Source: an uncultured cyanobacterium (GTDB taxonomy: Bacteria; Cyanobacteriota; Cyanobacteriia; Cyanobacteriales; CAWUOF01). From it: a stretch of 64,000 nt of DNA. The position numbers were made by a program, and so were the translations under genes. The stretch lies in assembly GCA_963744145.1 (NCBI GenBank), contig CAVUSO010000001.1, positions 6,912,001-6,976,000 of the forward strand. Direction: 5' to 3'. The notes under the pieces are model-generated. The model saw nothing but the letters and a program-made list of their open reading frames with translations. It did no database searches and had not been told where the DNA came from. Position 1 is the stretch's first letter. Each line of letters begins with the position of its first letter. This document shows positions 1-10,339 of this stretch, piece after piece.

Positions 1-470
1 TCCACCAAAAACCTATGCCTAAAGGAAAACACAGCCGACTGCAAATCCGGTTAGCTACCGAAATTAATCGTGTGGGTGAACTCAATCGTTTAGCTTTTGC
101 TTTTCCAGAGTTGCGCTGTACCTTTGGTGGACGTTCAATTGTCCCAGATATAACAGTTTTCTCCTGGGAGAGAATCCCTGTTGATGCGAATGGAGAAATC
201 GAGAATGAATTTGAAATTCACCCAGATTGGACTATAGAAATACTGTCACCAGAACAAAGTTCAACTCGCGTCATTAACAAAATTTTATTCTGTTTGAATC
301 AGGGAACAGAGCTAGGCTGGTTTCTCGATCCAAAAGAGCGTCTAATTATGACTTTCCAACCAGGAAAACAACCTGAAATTAAGCAAGAGCAAGATATTTT
401 GCCAGTTTTAAGCTCTCTAACTGATTTACAGTTATCAGCTCAAGAAGTATTTAGTTGGCTAAATCTTTAA
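1..470 (+). CDS. Uma2 family endonuclease (5' end outside window)
   Basis: KPMPKGKHS...ELRCTFGGRSIVPDI...PDWTIEILSPEQS motifs; paralog of 2343..2909, which shows the missing N-terminus. Confidence 0.9.
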   Translation, partial: HQKPMPKGKHSRLQIRLATEINRVGELNRLAFAFPELRCTFGGRSIVPDITVFSWERIPVDANGEIENEFEIHPDWTIEILSPEQSSTRVINKILFCLNQGTELGWFLDPKERLIMTFQPGKQPEIKQEQDILPVLSSLTDLQLSAQEVFSWLNL

Positions 471-735
471 TTTAAGGGTGGTCAAATATGTTTGATATCT
501 TCAAAAATCGGTTAGAAATAACAGGAACTCTCTGGACTGTAACGGCAATTCGGATTAGTGTGGGTCGTTCTACTGAGCCAATTGGTTCTGATTTACCCGT
601 GATTAAAGATGCTTTGGGACATCCTTTAATTCCGGGTTCGAGTTTTAAAGGAGCTTGGCGATCGCGCTTAGAAAGTTTCCTACGTGGTATTGATTTGAGT
701 TTAGCAGAAGATCCAGCTAATTTTAAAAGTCCAAC
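150..735 (+). repeat. Direct repeat copy 1 (Uma2 3' part + RAMP gene 5' part); copy 2 at ~2590-3176
   Basis: Near-identical nucleotide sequence at both places (acagttttctcctgggagaga ... gatccagctaattt). Confidence 0.9.
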
Positions 736-970
736 CAGAGCTCATCAAATCAAAACCTTAAAAGAACAGTACAAAGACGATGACTTTGCTTTGACAAAAA
801 TAGAAGGATCTTCGCACATACAGAAGTTTAACGAAGTTCTAAAAAAACATTGGCAAAGGTGGGGAGAAATTTTGGGCAATCTCACTCTAGAAAATCGCAC
901 TTATTTCACCCTAGATTTGCAATCAGACGCTATTTTAACGGCTACGGCGCTCGTCATCTTAAATATTTGA
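488..970 (+). pseudogene. Chimeric type III RAMP remnant: Csx7/Csm3-like N-terminus fused in frame to a Csx10-like fragment
   Basis: MFDIFKNRLEITG...DLPVIKDALGHPLIPGSSFKGAWRSRLE (Cas7-group RAMP N-terminus), then FNEVLKKHWQRW...YFTLDLQSDAIL (Csx10-like); no G-rich C-terminal loop. Confidence 0.7.
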
Positions 971-1004
971 GAGATGGTAAATAGTTCCATAGAAGGAGAA
1001 ACTC

Positions 1005-2325
1005 ATGCCTAGTATTCTGATAGTTACAGTCGGTGGTTCTCATCAACCTATTGTCACTGCTATTTGTAGCCTCAACCCCGATCGCGTCGTTTTTATTTGT
1101 TCGACTGGCAAGAAAGGTAGTGAATCACAAGTTATAGGAGATGGTACTCCCTGTGAAGTGAGGAAAGGACAAGAGCTGATTGAAAAATTGCCTAATATTC
1201 CCACACAAGCAAAGTTAGGATATCGTTTTGATGCCAATCGAGACTTAATCAAAATTCAAGAACCTGACGATCTCTCAGAATGCTATCAAAAAGCTGTATT
1301 AGGTATTCAAAATATCCAAGCAGAATTGCCTGATGCTCAAATTATGGCTGACTACACAGGTGGAACAAAAACGATGTCTGTAGCTTTAGCAATAGCTGCA
1401 CTCGATCATCGGGTTGAGTTATATCTGACTACAGCTGATCGCTCAAACATTATTAGAGTAGAAAGAGGAGAAATGACTTCACAAGCAATTGTCGCTCCTT
1501 TAGTTGTACAACGCACGATCGAGCAATTTCTACCGATAGTTTTACAGCAGTACAATTATCCAGCAGCGATCGCAGAACTCAGGCGACTTTTACCATCGAG
1601 GGAATTACCACATGAAACTAAACGAAAAATTCAAACTTTATGTACTGTTTGTTCTGGGTTTGACACTTGGGATAGATTTGAACACAAAGAAGCATTACTG
1701 TGTTTAGAATCTTACATGAGCAAATCAGAAATTCAGCCATTAGCTTTATTTCTTAAGCGCGTAATTAGTAGTCGTGGCAAGATTGATGAGAAATTTGATG
1801 CAAGTAGCGGAACCAAAGGTCATTCTTATGAAATTGTCCAAGATTCTACTACTTAACGCTGAACGACGTGCTAAACAAGAAAGATATGATGATGCAGTTG
1901 GTAGACTCTACAGAGCATTAGAACTATTAGCTCAAATTAGACTGTTAGTTACCTATGACATCAAGACAGGTGATGTGGACATTGAAAAATTACCAGAACC
2001 TTTGCGAAATGAGTATGAAAAAATGCGTTCTCCAGACAAAGGAAAAATACAATTAGCTTTGAAAAAGAGCTACGAACTTTTGGCAGAATTTCCTAACGAT
2101 CCGATAGGAAGACTTTACCAAGAAAATGCAAATCGAATTATTAATGCACTTGAAACCCGTAATAATTCATTATTTGCTCACGGATTTCAACCTATCACAG
2201 AGAGTGATTATCAAAAGGTTAGTGAAGTTTTTGTCAATTTCATTGAAACTTGTATTACTGCTGTTGTTCCAGCTAAACTAAAGTCACAGCCTCCCCAGTT
2301 TCCTACGAACTATACCCTTGAATAA
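1005..2325 (+). CDS. CRISPR-associated CARF protein (TIGR02710-like) with C-terminal HEPN-like RNxxxxH motif; split by a +1 frameshift at ~1845
   Basis: ILIVTVGGSHQPI, DYTGGTKTMS CARF motifs; LLLNAERRA...YDDAVGRLYRALEL...RNNSLFAHG; removing one T in gaTTcta restores QDLLLNAERR. Confidence 0.85.
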
Positions 2326-2342
2326 TCCCATTAATAATTACC

Positions 2343-2909
2343 ATGATTTCATCAGTGCAATCTCCTCCCCAACTTTCTTTAGCAGATTTCCTAAAACTGC
2401 CAGAAACTAAGCCAGCTAGTGAATATATCGATGGTCAAATCTACCAAAAACCCATGCCTAAAGGTAAACATAGTTCAATCCAAAGTTTGTTAACTCCTGC
2501 TATTAATCAAGTAGGTATGCCCAAAAAGATAGCGCGTGCATTTACAGAATTACGCTGCACTTTTGGAGGTCGATCGCTCGTTCCAGACATCACAGTTTTC
2601 TCCTGGGAGAGAATCCCTGTTGATGCGAATGGAGAAATCGAGAATGAATTTGAAATTCACCCAGATTGGACTATAGAAATACTGTCACCAGAACAAAGTT
2701 CAACTCGCGTCATTAACAAAATTTTATTCTGTTTGAATCAGGGAACAGAGCTAGGCTGGTTTCTCGATCCAAAAGAGCGTCTAATTATGACTTTCCAACC
2801 AGGAAAACAACCTGAAATTAAGCAAGAGCAAGATATTTTGCCAGTTTTAAGCTCTCTAACTGATTTACAGTTATCAGCTCAAGAAGTATTTAGTTGGTTA
2901 AATCTTTGA
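2343..2909 (+). CDS. Uma2 family endonuclease
   Basis: LSLADFLKLPETKPASEYIDG...PDWTIEILSP. Confidence 0.92.
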   Translation: MISSVQSPPQLSLADFLKLPETKPASEYIDGQIYQKPMPKGKHSSIQSLLTPAINQVGMPKKIARAFTELRCTFGGRSLVPDITVFSWERIPVDANGEIENEFEIHPDWTIEILSPEQSSTRVINKILFCLNQGTELGWFLDPKERLIMTFQPGKQPEIKQEQDILPVLSSLTDLQLSAQEVFSWLNL

Positions 2910-2925
2910 TTTAAGGGGGGCAAAT

Positions 2926-3186
2926 ATGTTTGATATTTTCAAAAATCGGTTAGAAATAATAGGAACTCTCTGGACTGTAACGGCAATTCGGATTAGTGCG
3001 GGTCGTTCTACTGAGCCAATTGGTTCTGATTTACCCGTGATTAAAGATGCTTTGGGACATCCTTTAATTCCGGGTTCGAGTTTTAAAGGAGCTTGGCGAT
3101 CGCGCTTAGAAAGTTTCCTACGTGGTATTGATTTGAGTTTAGCAGAAGATCCAGCTAATTTCACAAGTCCAACCAGAACTATTTGA
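2926..3186 (+). pseudogene. Csx7/Csm3-like RAMP N-terminal fragment (second copy)
   Basis: Same N-terminus as 488..970, stops after 86 aa. Confidence 0.8.
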
Positions 3187-3196
3187 TGAGGTAAAT

Positions 3197-3817
3197 ATGA
3201 GTTTCAGTAGTTATAAAGACATCGGTGAAGTTCTCCAAGAATTTCAGATCACCTACATCGAAGATAATTTTATGGGTGAAGTAGAATTTAGGGTATCTGA
3301 ATATTTCCGAGAGGATTTACAAACCATTATGCAGGACGGAGTACCTAATGCTTCCGAGTTTTCAATTTGTGAAAATTTAATTTATCCGATTTTGAAAGAA
3401 GTCTGGAAATTTTATCGTAGCAAATTCGTTTTATGGGGACATAAGTCCCTTACTTACGATGAAAATATTTCGGGTTTTCCTGAATATATTTTGGCTAGAC
3501 GCTCTCCTTTAGGGAAAGTTGTTTTTGATCAGCCATATTTTTTATTAGTGGAAGCAAAGCAAGACAAATTTGAAGAAGGATGGGCGCAGTGTTTAGCTGA
3601 AATGATTGCAGCACAACGGCTTAATGAGCAACTGCCAATCATCATATTTGGGATCGTTTCTAATGGCAAAGTATGGCAATTTGGCAAACTTGAAACCAAT
3701 AGTTTCACCCGCAATAAAACCTTCTATACTATTCAGGAATTAGATCGGCTATTCGCTGCCGTTAATTATGTTTTCCAACAATGTGAAACGCAGCTTAATG
3801 AGTTAGTAGCTGCCTAG
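3197..3817 (+). CDS. Restriction-endonuclease-like (HsdR N-terminal-like) hypothetical protein
   Basis: LLVEAKQDKFEEGWAQCLAEMIAAQ...IFGIVSNGKVWQF, a common cyanobacterial PD-(D/E)XK family. Confidence 0.7.
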   Translation: MSFSSYKDIGEVLQEFQITYIEDNFMGEVEFRVSEYFREDLQTIMQDGVPNASEFSICENLIYPILKEVWKFYRSKFVLWGHKSLTYDENISGFPEYILARRSPLGKVVFDQPYFLLVEAKQDKFEEGWAQCLAEMIAAQRLNEQLPIIIFGIVSNGKVWQFGKLETNSFTRNKTFYTIQELDRLFAAVNYVFQQCETQLNELVAA

Positions 3818-3845
3818 TTTCAATTATTTATCTACTTACTTAAAT

Positions 3846-4097
3846 ATGCACAAACGAGGTTCTGTAGCAGTTGGTTCTTTTAATTATCAAGTGTGTGCTG
3901 ATGGAGAATTCAAAACTAAAATTCATCTCAAAAATTTTACCTTAGCTCAGTTAGGTTTAATCGGCTTAGTTTTGCGAGATTTGAATGATGGCTGGTTGGG
4001 TTTAGGTTTTGCTAAATCTCGCGGTTTGGGTACAGTAACAGTTAATCTACCGATCGCGAACCTCCCTCTGGAATGTATTAATCATGGTTATGAATGA
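3846..4097 (+). pseudogene. Csm3-like RAMP gene with a large internal in-frame deletion
   Basis: MHKR start joined directly to GSVAVG...KIHLKNFTLAQLGLIGLVLRDL...GLGFAKSRGLG (RAMP G-rich loop). Confidence 0.75.
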
Positions 4098-4498
4098 CAC
4101 TTTAGTAGAATCTTTGACAGAAACTCAATGGCATCAAAACCAAGCAGCAGATGCTCCTACTCTACTGCAAATTCTAGGTTGGTCTGCACCGTTGATGAGA
4201 TTATTATAAAGAAGGAGGTGCGATCGCAGAAAGGACAGCATCAATTGCCGAATCAACTCGTCAAGTGGAAATTGCTGTAAACGCTAATACTCATAACTTT
4301 GCAATTGGTCAAATTTTGGAAGCCAAGGTTACTGCGATCAAGGGTAATAAGGTAACTTATGAAATTTTAGGTAATATCAAGCTGACGGAAAAAGAACCAA
4401 AAAAAGCACAAACCCTATCAGAAGGACAGACGGTTAAGGTAGAAATATTAGACTTGAAGGAAGAGGGTAGTATCAAAAAGGTTAAATGGGTTGAATGA
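4084..4498 (+). pseudogene. Remnants of further type III-associated genes (short MVMND... ORF 4084-4209; C-terminal S1/OB-like fragment 4265-4498)
   Basis: FAIGQILEAKVTAIKGNKVTYEI...GQTVKVEI resembles S1-like tails of cyanobacterial RAMP proteins; operon context. Confidence 0.5.
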
Positions 4499-4516
4499 AA
4501 CGTGCTATTGTTTGTC

Positions 4517-4610
4517 ATATAGCCAGCCTAAATGAGTTATGTAATGAAAATGGGCTAAATGCTTGTCCAGCAAGATTGGCCATACTCTAAATGATTTAGG
4601 CTTGCTATAT
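4517..4610. mobile_element. MITE-like element with TATAGC(C/A)AGCCTAAAT terminal inverted repeats
   Basis: atatagccagcctaaatga ... gatttaggcttgctatat. Confidence 0.65.
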
Positions 4611-4809
4611 AGCTTATCTTAAGCTTAAGATAGAATACGCTAGCAACAGTCAATTCGATGAGGTTGCTAATCCTGATACCTTCTAGGGAGTTGTATATGT
4701 ATGCAGACACGCCAAAATTCCTACTTCACCACTGAACTAACTTTTCAAGCCTCAACTAGAGCATCTGAATCAACTTTTCAACCATCAGATAGAGAGTATT
4801 TTGTAAATA

Positions 4810-5181
4810 ATGGAGAAAGAAATGACCTGGGAAGTTAGGTTTACAGAGGAGTTTGAGCAAGAGTTCGCAAACCTTGATCCAGAAACCCAAGACAAAATTA
4901 TTGCGCGAGTAATACTACTTAAAGAAAAAGGCCCACATCTTCGGGTTCCTTACAGTTCAGGTATCAAAGGGTCTCGTTTTGGACATATGCGAGAACTACG
5001 AGTACAACATAGCGGGAAACCGTATAGAATCTTGTATGCTTTTGATCCCCGCAGGGTTGCAGTCCTTCTGTTAGTAGGTAACAAGGCTGGTAACGACCGC
5101 TGGTATGAAGAGAATATACCACAAGCAGATGAGCTCTACGCTGAATGGCTAGGAGGGCTTGGGCTAAGAGTGCTTGAGTAA
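4810..5181 (+). CDS. RelE/ParE (HigB/Gp49-like) toxin
   Basis: GPHLRVPYSSGIKGSRFGHMRELRVQHSGKPYRILYAFDPRRVAVLLLVGNKAG. Confidence 0.9.
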   Translation: MEKEMTWEVRFTEEFEQEFANLDPETQDKIIARVILLKEKGPHLRVPYSSGIKGSRFGHMRELRVQHSGKPYRILYAFDPRRVAVLLLVGNKAGNDRWYEENIPQADELYAEWLGGLGLRVLE

Positions 5182-5219
5182 TAAGAGCGATAACACTATG
5201 AAATTGGACACAAGTTGAA

Positions 5220-5879
5220 ATGAAAACAAAGCCTTTTAGTGAATTGCTAGAACAGTTGACACCAGAGAGAAGAGCAAAGATCGAAACTCACGTTCAACTC
5301 GCGTTGCTTCATCATAACCTTCTAGAACTTCAAGAATCATTGGGCATAACTCAAGAGGATATGAAAAAAAACCATAACGTTGTTGAGTTGGCTTTGTCCG
5401 AATGGGAAAATCACGATGATATTCAAGTTTCTACTCTCTCTGGGTACATCAAAGCTCTTGGTGGAAGTCTCAAATTAGTTGCTCATTTTCCTGATAAGGA
5501 GGTTGTAAATAAGGAAAAAAAAATGTGGGAAATTGAGTATACAGACGAATTCGAGCAATGGTGGCTAACACTTGATGCAGCAACACAAACTTCTATTGAC
5601 ACAGTTGTAAAGTTGCTTGAAAAAAGGGGGCCGAATCTTGGTGATCCCTACAGTTCAGATATCAAGGGATCTCGTCACACAAACCTACGGGAACTGCGTA
5701 TACAACATAAAGGAGATCCAATACGGATCTTGTATGCGTTCGATCCCCGTAGAGTTGCTGTACTTCTTATAGGAGGTAACAAAAAGGGTAACGATCGCTG
5801 GTACGAAGAGAATGTACCCAAAGCAGATCGGCTCTATCACGAACTCTTGCAAGAACTTGAGGATGAAGGGTCAATATGA
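5220..5879 (+). CDS. HTH (HigA/XRE-like) antitoxin fused in frame to a second RelE/Gp49-like toxin (toxin ATG at 5523)
   Basis: MKTKPFSELL...STLSGYIKALGGSLKLVAHFPD followed by MWEIEYTDEF...RELRIQHKGDPIRILYAFDPRR. Confidence 0.85.
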   Translation: MKTKPFSELLEQLTPERRAKIETHVQLALLHHNLLELQESLGITQEDMKKNHNVVELALSEWENHDDIQVSTLSGYIKALGGSLKLVAHFPDKEVVNKEKKMWEIEYTDEFEQWWLTLDAATQTSIDTVVKLLEKRGPNLGDPYSSDIKGSRHTNLRELRIQHKGDPIRILYAFDPRRVAVLLIGGNKKGNDRWYEENVPKADRLYHELLQELEDEGSI

Positions 5880-5951
5880 AGAAAAAGCATTTGAGTCAGT
5901 TAACAACCCACCGTCCTTATGATAACAGAACAAAATTGAACACAAGTTGAT

Positions 5952-6257
5952 ATGAAAACAAAACCTTTTAGTGAATTGCGAAAGCGAATGACACCTGAGC
6001 AAAAAGCAGAGAGTGAAACTCGTTTTCAACTTGCATTACTCCATCTCACCCTGACAGAATTACAAGAGTCATTAGGAGTTAGTCAAAATGGCACAGAAAA
6101 AAATTCCAATGTAGTTCAGTCTGCTTTATCGGAATTGGAGAACGAAAACGATATTCAAGTTTCTACTCTCTCCAAGTACATCAAAGCTCTTGGTGGAAAT
6201 CTCAAATTAGTTGCTCAATTTCCCGACAAAGATGTAGTTATTTCTCAATTTCAGTAA
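5952..6257 (+). CDS. HTH (HigA/XRE-like) antitoxin
   Basis: DIQVSTLSKYIKALGGNLKLVAQFPD; paralog of the 5220 N-terminus. Confidence 0.88.
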   Translation: MKTKPFSELRKRMTPEQKAESETRFQLALLHLTLTELQESLGVSQNGTEKNSNVVQSALSELENENDIQVSTLSKYIKALGGNLKLVAQFPDKDVVISQFQ

Positions 6258-6259
6258 AG

Positions 6260-6297
6260 AGATAGCTTGACTTTTTCCCCAAGTCAAGCTATCTTTT
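6260..6297 (+). terminator. Intrinsic terminator after TA cluster
   Basis: agatagcttgactt/aagtcaagctatct inverted repeat followed by T's. Confidence 0.75.
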
Positions 6298-6332
6298 AAA
6301 AGACTAGAGGATTTAAGTTTCCCAAAAAAAAT

Positions 6333-6433
6333 TGAATTTTTTAAATTCCCCGTAAGGGGATAGAAACACGCCTCTAGTATGGTGATTGAATAGTTGATTC
6401 AGTATCACCACTTCCCCGCAAGGGGATTTTTAC
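6333..6433 (+). CRISPR. Degenerate two-repeat/one-spacer CRISPR mini-array (type III-associated TTCCCCG.AAGGGGA..GAAAC repeat family)
   Basis: ttccccgtaaggggatagaaac (6346-6367) and caccacttccccgcaaggggatttttac (core 6412-6433), period 66 nt, next to cas remnants. Confidence 0.7.
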
Positions 6434-6615
6434 TAAACCTGACACCTGATTATACTTTTCTCAAAGTGCGATCGCCCAATCTTTAGTTAAAGAAGAGACA
6501 GATATTAATTAGTTGGGAAAAGGGGTGGATTTTGAGCAGTTGTCGATCAGGAGCAAACCTCTGGTAGGACAGGCATCTTGCCTGTCAATTACCCTGCTTT
6601 TTTCTAGTGAGGAAT

Positions 6616-7242
6616 TTAGCCCAAAGTAAATAATTGGGCTAGCCGTTTTAACACCTGCAAAACTGTATAGATGTCATCACCTCTATCAAGGGAAAACAAA
6701 TAAGACATGGCATATTTTGGCTTGTCTTCTCTAGTCAGTTTCAAAAACCTAAACTCACTACCGTTAGTAATAAATCCAAAGGCGGTTTGATCTGGATTAG
6801 GATTACCCAGCATATAAGCTAATGCTTGAGGTATTCCTGTTTCTAAAGATAACTTTGCCCTTTTTGATTCAACTACAAGTATCCAAAACTCTGGCGTAAA
6901 AACCAATATATCTAACCTTCCTGTTATGATAACTCCCTCATCTTCAAAAGCAATTCTTACTTCCTTTTCCGCCGAAAGGTAAAAAGGTGGACGATAAAAC
7001 CCAGCTAATTTTAACAATGGAGAAAGCACTACCATTTTAACGATCGGTTCTAGCATCGGATACTCAGCCAAGTGAAAATAATCCCGCTTTACATCGTCTA
7101 ACGCTTGTTTTTCCAAATCCGAAAGTTCCGGCAAATTATCTTGCCATTCTCGAAAAAATTGCTCATCCTCAATACGTTGCAGACCAAAATTTTCGATTAA
7201 ATCATGCAATTCAATAGTCTGTGCTGTAATTGTTTCAACCAT
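6616..7242 (-). CDS. Type I restriction enzyme R N-terminal-like protein
   Basis: [20 protein letters not shown]...GRLDILV...VVESKR...GIPQALAYM...[12 protein letters not shown]; likely start MVETIT. Confidence 0.8.
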   Translation of the reverse strand: MVETITAQTIELHDLIENFGLQRIEDEQFFREWQDNLPELSDLEKQALDDVKRDYFHLAEYPMLEPIVKMVVLSPLLKLAGFYRPPFYLSAEKEVRIAFEDEGVIITGRLDILVFTPEFWILVVESKRAKLSLETGIPQALAYMLGNPNPDQTAFGFITNGSEFRFLKLTREDKPKYAMSYLFSLDRGDDIYTVLQVLKRLAQLFTLG

Positions 7243-7555
7243 AATTCTCTTTCCTTTCACTACTTACAAATGGACTGATATTTGTCAAGTAAATTAAGAT
7301 GCCTTTATCAAGATAAGCAGAAATCCCAGCTAGAAATATAAATGTAAGAGCGCATAAATGAGTGATCCATCTAGTCAGAAATAAAAATTCATTAGTTTTG
7401 GTCAAATCAGTCGCACGAAAATTCATTTTCGTCAAAAAATCTCTCACATGATCTAACACCATTAACACCATGACGAATCCCCGTAAAATATCTATTGATA
7501 GGATTCGTTTAGTTGGTGTTTTTTCTGTGCTAGTCATCGGTATTATTAAATTCAT
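7235..7555 (-). pseudogene. Truncated DUF1624/heparan-alpha-glucosaminide N-acetyltransferase-like membrane protein
   Basis: [24 protein letters not shown]...[21 protein letters not shown], then ends early. Confidence 0.7.
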
Positions 7556-7565
7556 ATTTAATTGA

Positions 7566-9512
7566 TTAGGCTAATTCTTGATGGGCTTTAAAATCTCGGT
7601 GAACTTGGTAGTACAAAGTATGATCATCTCCCTTAAATCCCAACACACTGTAAAGCTTGACCACACCACTACGTCCCTTTACTTCCTGTTCTCCGACAAA
7701 TAGGACATCTATTTCTTCAGCAATCAGATCGTAGAGAGATTGAGTAATCAATAAATCCGTAACATATTGCTTGGTTAAACCCTCTACTCGGCTGGCAACA
7801 TTTACCGCATCGCCAATTACAGCATACTCCCGTCGCCGGCGGGAACCAATATCCCCAGCAATTAATTCCCCATAGTTAATCCCAATACCATGAAAAAGCG
7901 GCTCTTGACCATTTTTCTGCCATTGTTCGCGGAGGTTCGCTAATGCTGCTCGCATTCCTAGGGCTGCTCGGATGGCGTTAAGTGCATCATTTTTTGCTCC
8001 CTGAGACAAGGGAGATCCAAATTCTGCCATAACCGCATCACCGATGAACTTATCGACCGTACCACCAGCTTCTAAAATTGCCTCCACCATACCATCTAGG
8101 TAGATATTTAACTGTTCCACTAAGGGTTCGGGTTCAAGGTGGGAGGAGAGGGTGGTAAAACCTCGAATATCAGAAAAAAGGATAGCAGCTTTAATCTTCT
8201 TACCCTTGAGTAGAGCATTATAATCATCGGGAGCCTTGAGAATTTCCCGCACTACTGGGGCAGCCACGTAACGTTCTAGGGTATTCTGAAATCGGCGTTT
8301 TTCGATCTGATCTTGAATTACTCCAATAGTGAAGTAAGAAAAACCACTCAAGAATATACCGATTACAGGTATGGCGGTAGGTAGAATCAGAAATTGGTAG
8401 GTAAAAAGTTCATAACTCGCGATCGCCCAAAAGCCGCTTAATCCTAAACTCCAAAACAATCGATCGCTAGTCCGTCTAGTTGCCTTGACTAATAGGATAT
8501 TTGTTACCCCTACCATAAAAAAGACAAATAAACCCTGCCCGAAGGGACTAGTAATACCAGGATTAATAACTCGATTTTGCATCAGAGTAGCAATGGAGTT
8601 GGCATGAATTTCTACCCCTGGCATAGTTGGACCAAAGGGAGTTGGAAAAAAGTCCTTCAAGCTTTCCGCAGTAGTCCCAATTAAAACAATTTTGTCCCGG
8701 AACTGGTCTTTATAGGCATCCCATTTGTTGGGGGCAAGAACGCTAAAAGGCAAGGTCGTGAAAGTCCGAGCCGGACCATAGTAGTTAATATCTGCTTTCA
8801 CGCTTGAGCCTTGGACATCAGAGTAGGGTCTTTGGGCAGCTTGGAGAGTAGCTTCGGCTAAAGAGGGTATTTCTGGCAGTCCCCGAGGACGAACTACCTG
8901 TTGACGGTAGTTACTGGCCAGTTGATGGATTCGACCATTCACCTCTAGAGGAGGATAATTAACAAAGCCTAGGGCCACTCCCGTATTCTGTAAAGTGAGA
9001 TTAGGTTTAGAGAGAGTAATGGTTAATCCTTCCGGTGCAGGACTTTCATCGTAGCTAGCTGCTAAAACTACTTGAGAGGAATATTTCTTCAGAACAGCCG
9101 CAAATTGCTGGTCATCCTTAACTCCATACCTGCTGGGGAGAGCAAAGATTAGGTCTAGGGTGACAGATTTTACCCCCACTGCCATGAGCTGTTCGATCGC
9201 TCTGCCATAAGCTACCCGTTGCCAAGGAAAACTTTCCATCGGCTGGAGGTAATCTCGCATCGCTGGTAAATCCCGATACAATTGCGCGGCGGCGATCGAC
9301 TCATCATCAATTGCTAAGATCATAATCTCTGAAGGTGGTTTTACCCTACCCCTTCTTTCTAAAAACTGGACTTGGAGTTGACGATTCAGCCACTGGACAC
9401 CCGGAGTTTCGTAGATGGTTAAAACGGTGGGAACGATCGTCCATAAAGCTAAGGACAGATAATTTCCTACTTGTAGCCCCAGTCGAGTTAAATTAATTTT
9501 CTGAATTTTCAT
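7566..9512 (-). CDS. CHASE2-domain adenylate/guanylate cyclase
   Basis: [17 protein letters not shown], 3 TM segments, [34 protein letters not shown]. Confidence 0.93.
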   Translation of the reverse strand: MKIQKINLTRLGLQVGNYLSLALWTIVPTVLTIYETPGVQWLNRQLQVQFLERRGRVKPPSEIMILAIDDESIAAAQLYRDLPAMRDYLQPMESFPWQRVAYGRAIEQLMAVGVKSVTLDLIFALPSRYGVKDDQQFAAVLKKYSSQVVLAASYDESPAPEGLTITLSKPNLTLQNTGVALGFVNYPPLEVNGRIHQLASNYRQQVVRPRGLPEIPSLAEATLQAAQRPYSDVQGSSVKADINYYGPARTFTTLPFSVLAPNKWDAYKDQFRDKIVLIGTTAESLKDFFPTPFGPTMPGVEIHANSIATLMQNRVINPGITSPFGQGLFVFFMVGVTNILLVKATRRTSDRLFWSLGLSGFWAIASYELFTYQFLILPTAIPVIGIFLSGFSYFTIGVIQDQIEKRRFQNTLERYVAAPVVREILKAPDDYNALLKGKKIKAAILFSDIRGFTTLSSHLEPEPLVEQLNIYLDGMVEAILEAGGTVDKFIGDAVMAEFGSPLSQGAKNDALNAIRAALGMRAALANLREQWQKNGQEPLFHGIGINYGELIAGDIGSRRRREYAVIGDAVNVASRVEGLTKQYVTDLLITQSLYDLIAEEIDVLFVGEQEVKGRSGVVKLYSVLGFKGDDHTLYYQVHRDFKAHQELA

Positions 9513-9526
9513 CGGATCGCTTCAAC

Positions 9527-10339
9527 CTACCAGCCCGGAATCCTTGGAGTCGGAATGCTCGGAGTTGGAATGCTCGGAGTTGAGATTGAGTGTACTGGGT
9601 TAGGTAAAGAAATCCCTGGAAATAATTTTTGCAAAGATTGCTGCAATTTGTCTGCTCCTGGCAACTTTCGGCTATACCCAGAAAAGAAAGACCCTTCGAG
9701 GATGGTCTTAATTTCCTCAAGAGTAATGCTCTGGGGTTTACCAATCTGCCCATCTTCAGAAATAGAAACTTTTTTCCCCTGTTCGAGAATCAATTTTGTT
9801 GGAGACTCAGACGAAGAATCGCTTTTCACTTTATTATCTTTAGGGATATTGGTTATTTCCACACTACCTTCTAATACCTTGCACCCATAAGTTTTATTTT
9901 TATCTAACTCCATCACAAAGGTTGTACCCTGAGTAGCGGCTCGCACGGAACCAGTACAGGCATTCGTAGGACCGCTAGCCAGAATACTTCCCCGATCAAT
10001 TGTGATACATTCCCCAATCACTAGAGAAGTATTCGGTCCGAGTCGTCCTGCTGCTCCATTATTGAATTCGAGTCCAGCACGGGAGTTTCCGGTACGGACT
10101 TGTTGCCCTGATTTAGCCACCTCATTTACCGGCACCATATTATTGTCAATAAATACCTCATTACCATCCAGAATCTCTGTCACGGTAGCTTGAGTGATAT
10201 CATCAGCTTGAACAGGATTTAGCCAAACTCCCAGAAATACAAATAGACAGAAGCTAACTATGAATACATAGACGATTTGCCGAAATTGCTTGTGTTGCCA
10301 TCTGTACATAAAAACCTCATGGAGCATCTCTATTTCCAA
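9527..10339 (-). CDS. FecR-domain secreted protein with Pro-rich (PSIPT) tail
   Basis: Signal peptide, VRTGNSRAGLEFNNG...GRLGPNT, ATQGTTFV; start may be 10309. Confidence 0.75.
   Translation of the reverse strand: MEIEMLHEVFMYRWQHKQFRQIVYVFIVSFCLFVFLGVWLNPVQADDITQATVTEILDGNEVFIDNNMVPVNEVAKSGQQVRTGNSRAGLEFNNGAAGRLGPNTSLVIGECITIDRGSILASGPTNACTGSVRAATQGTTFVMELDKNKTYGCKVLEGSVEITNIPKDNKVKSDSSSESPTKLILEQGKKVSISEDGQIGKPQSITLEEIKTILEGSFFSGYSRKLPGADKLQQSLQKLFPGISLPNPVHSISTPSIPTPSIPTPRIPGW

Noticed and set aside
6301..6378. 8-nt complementarity between the mini-array spacer (cctctagt) and upstream actagagg
   Set aside because: Too short to distinguish from chance.
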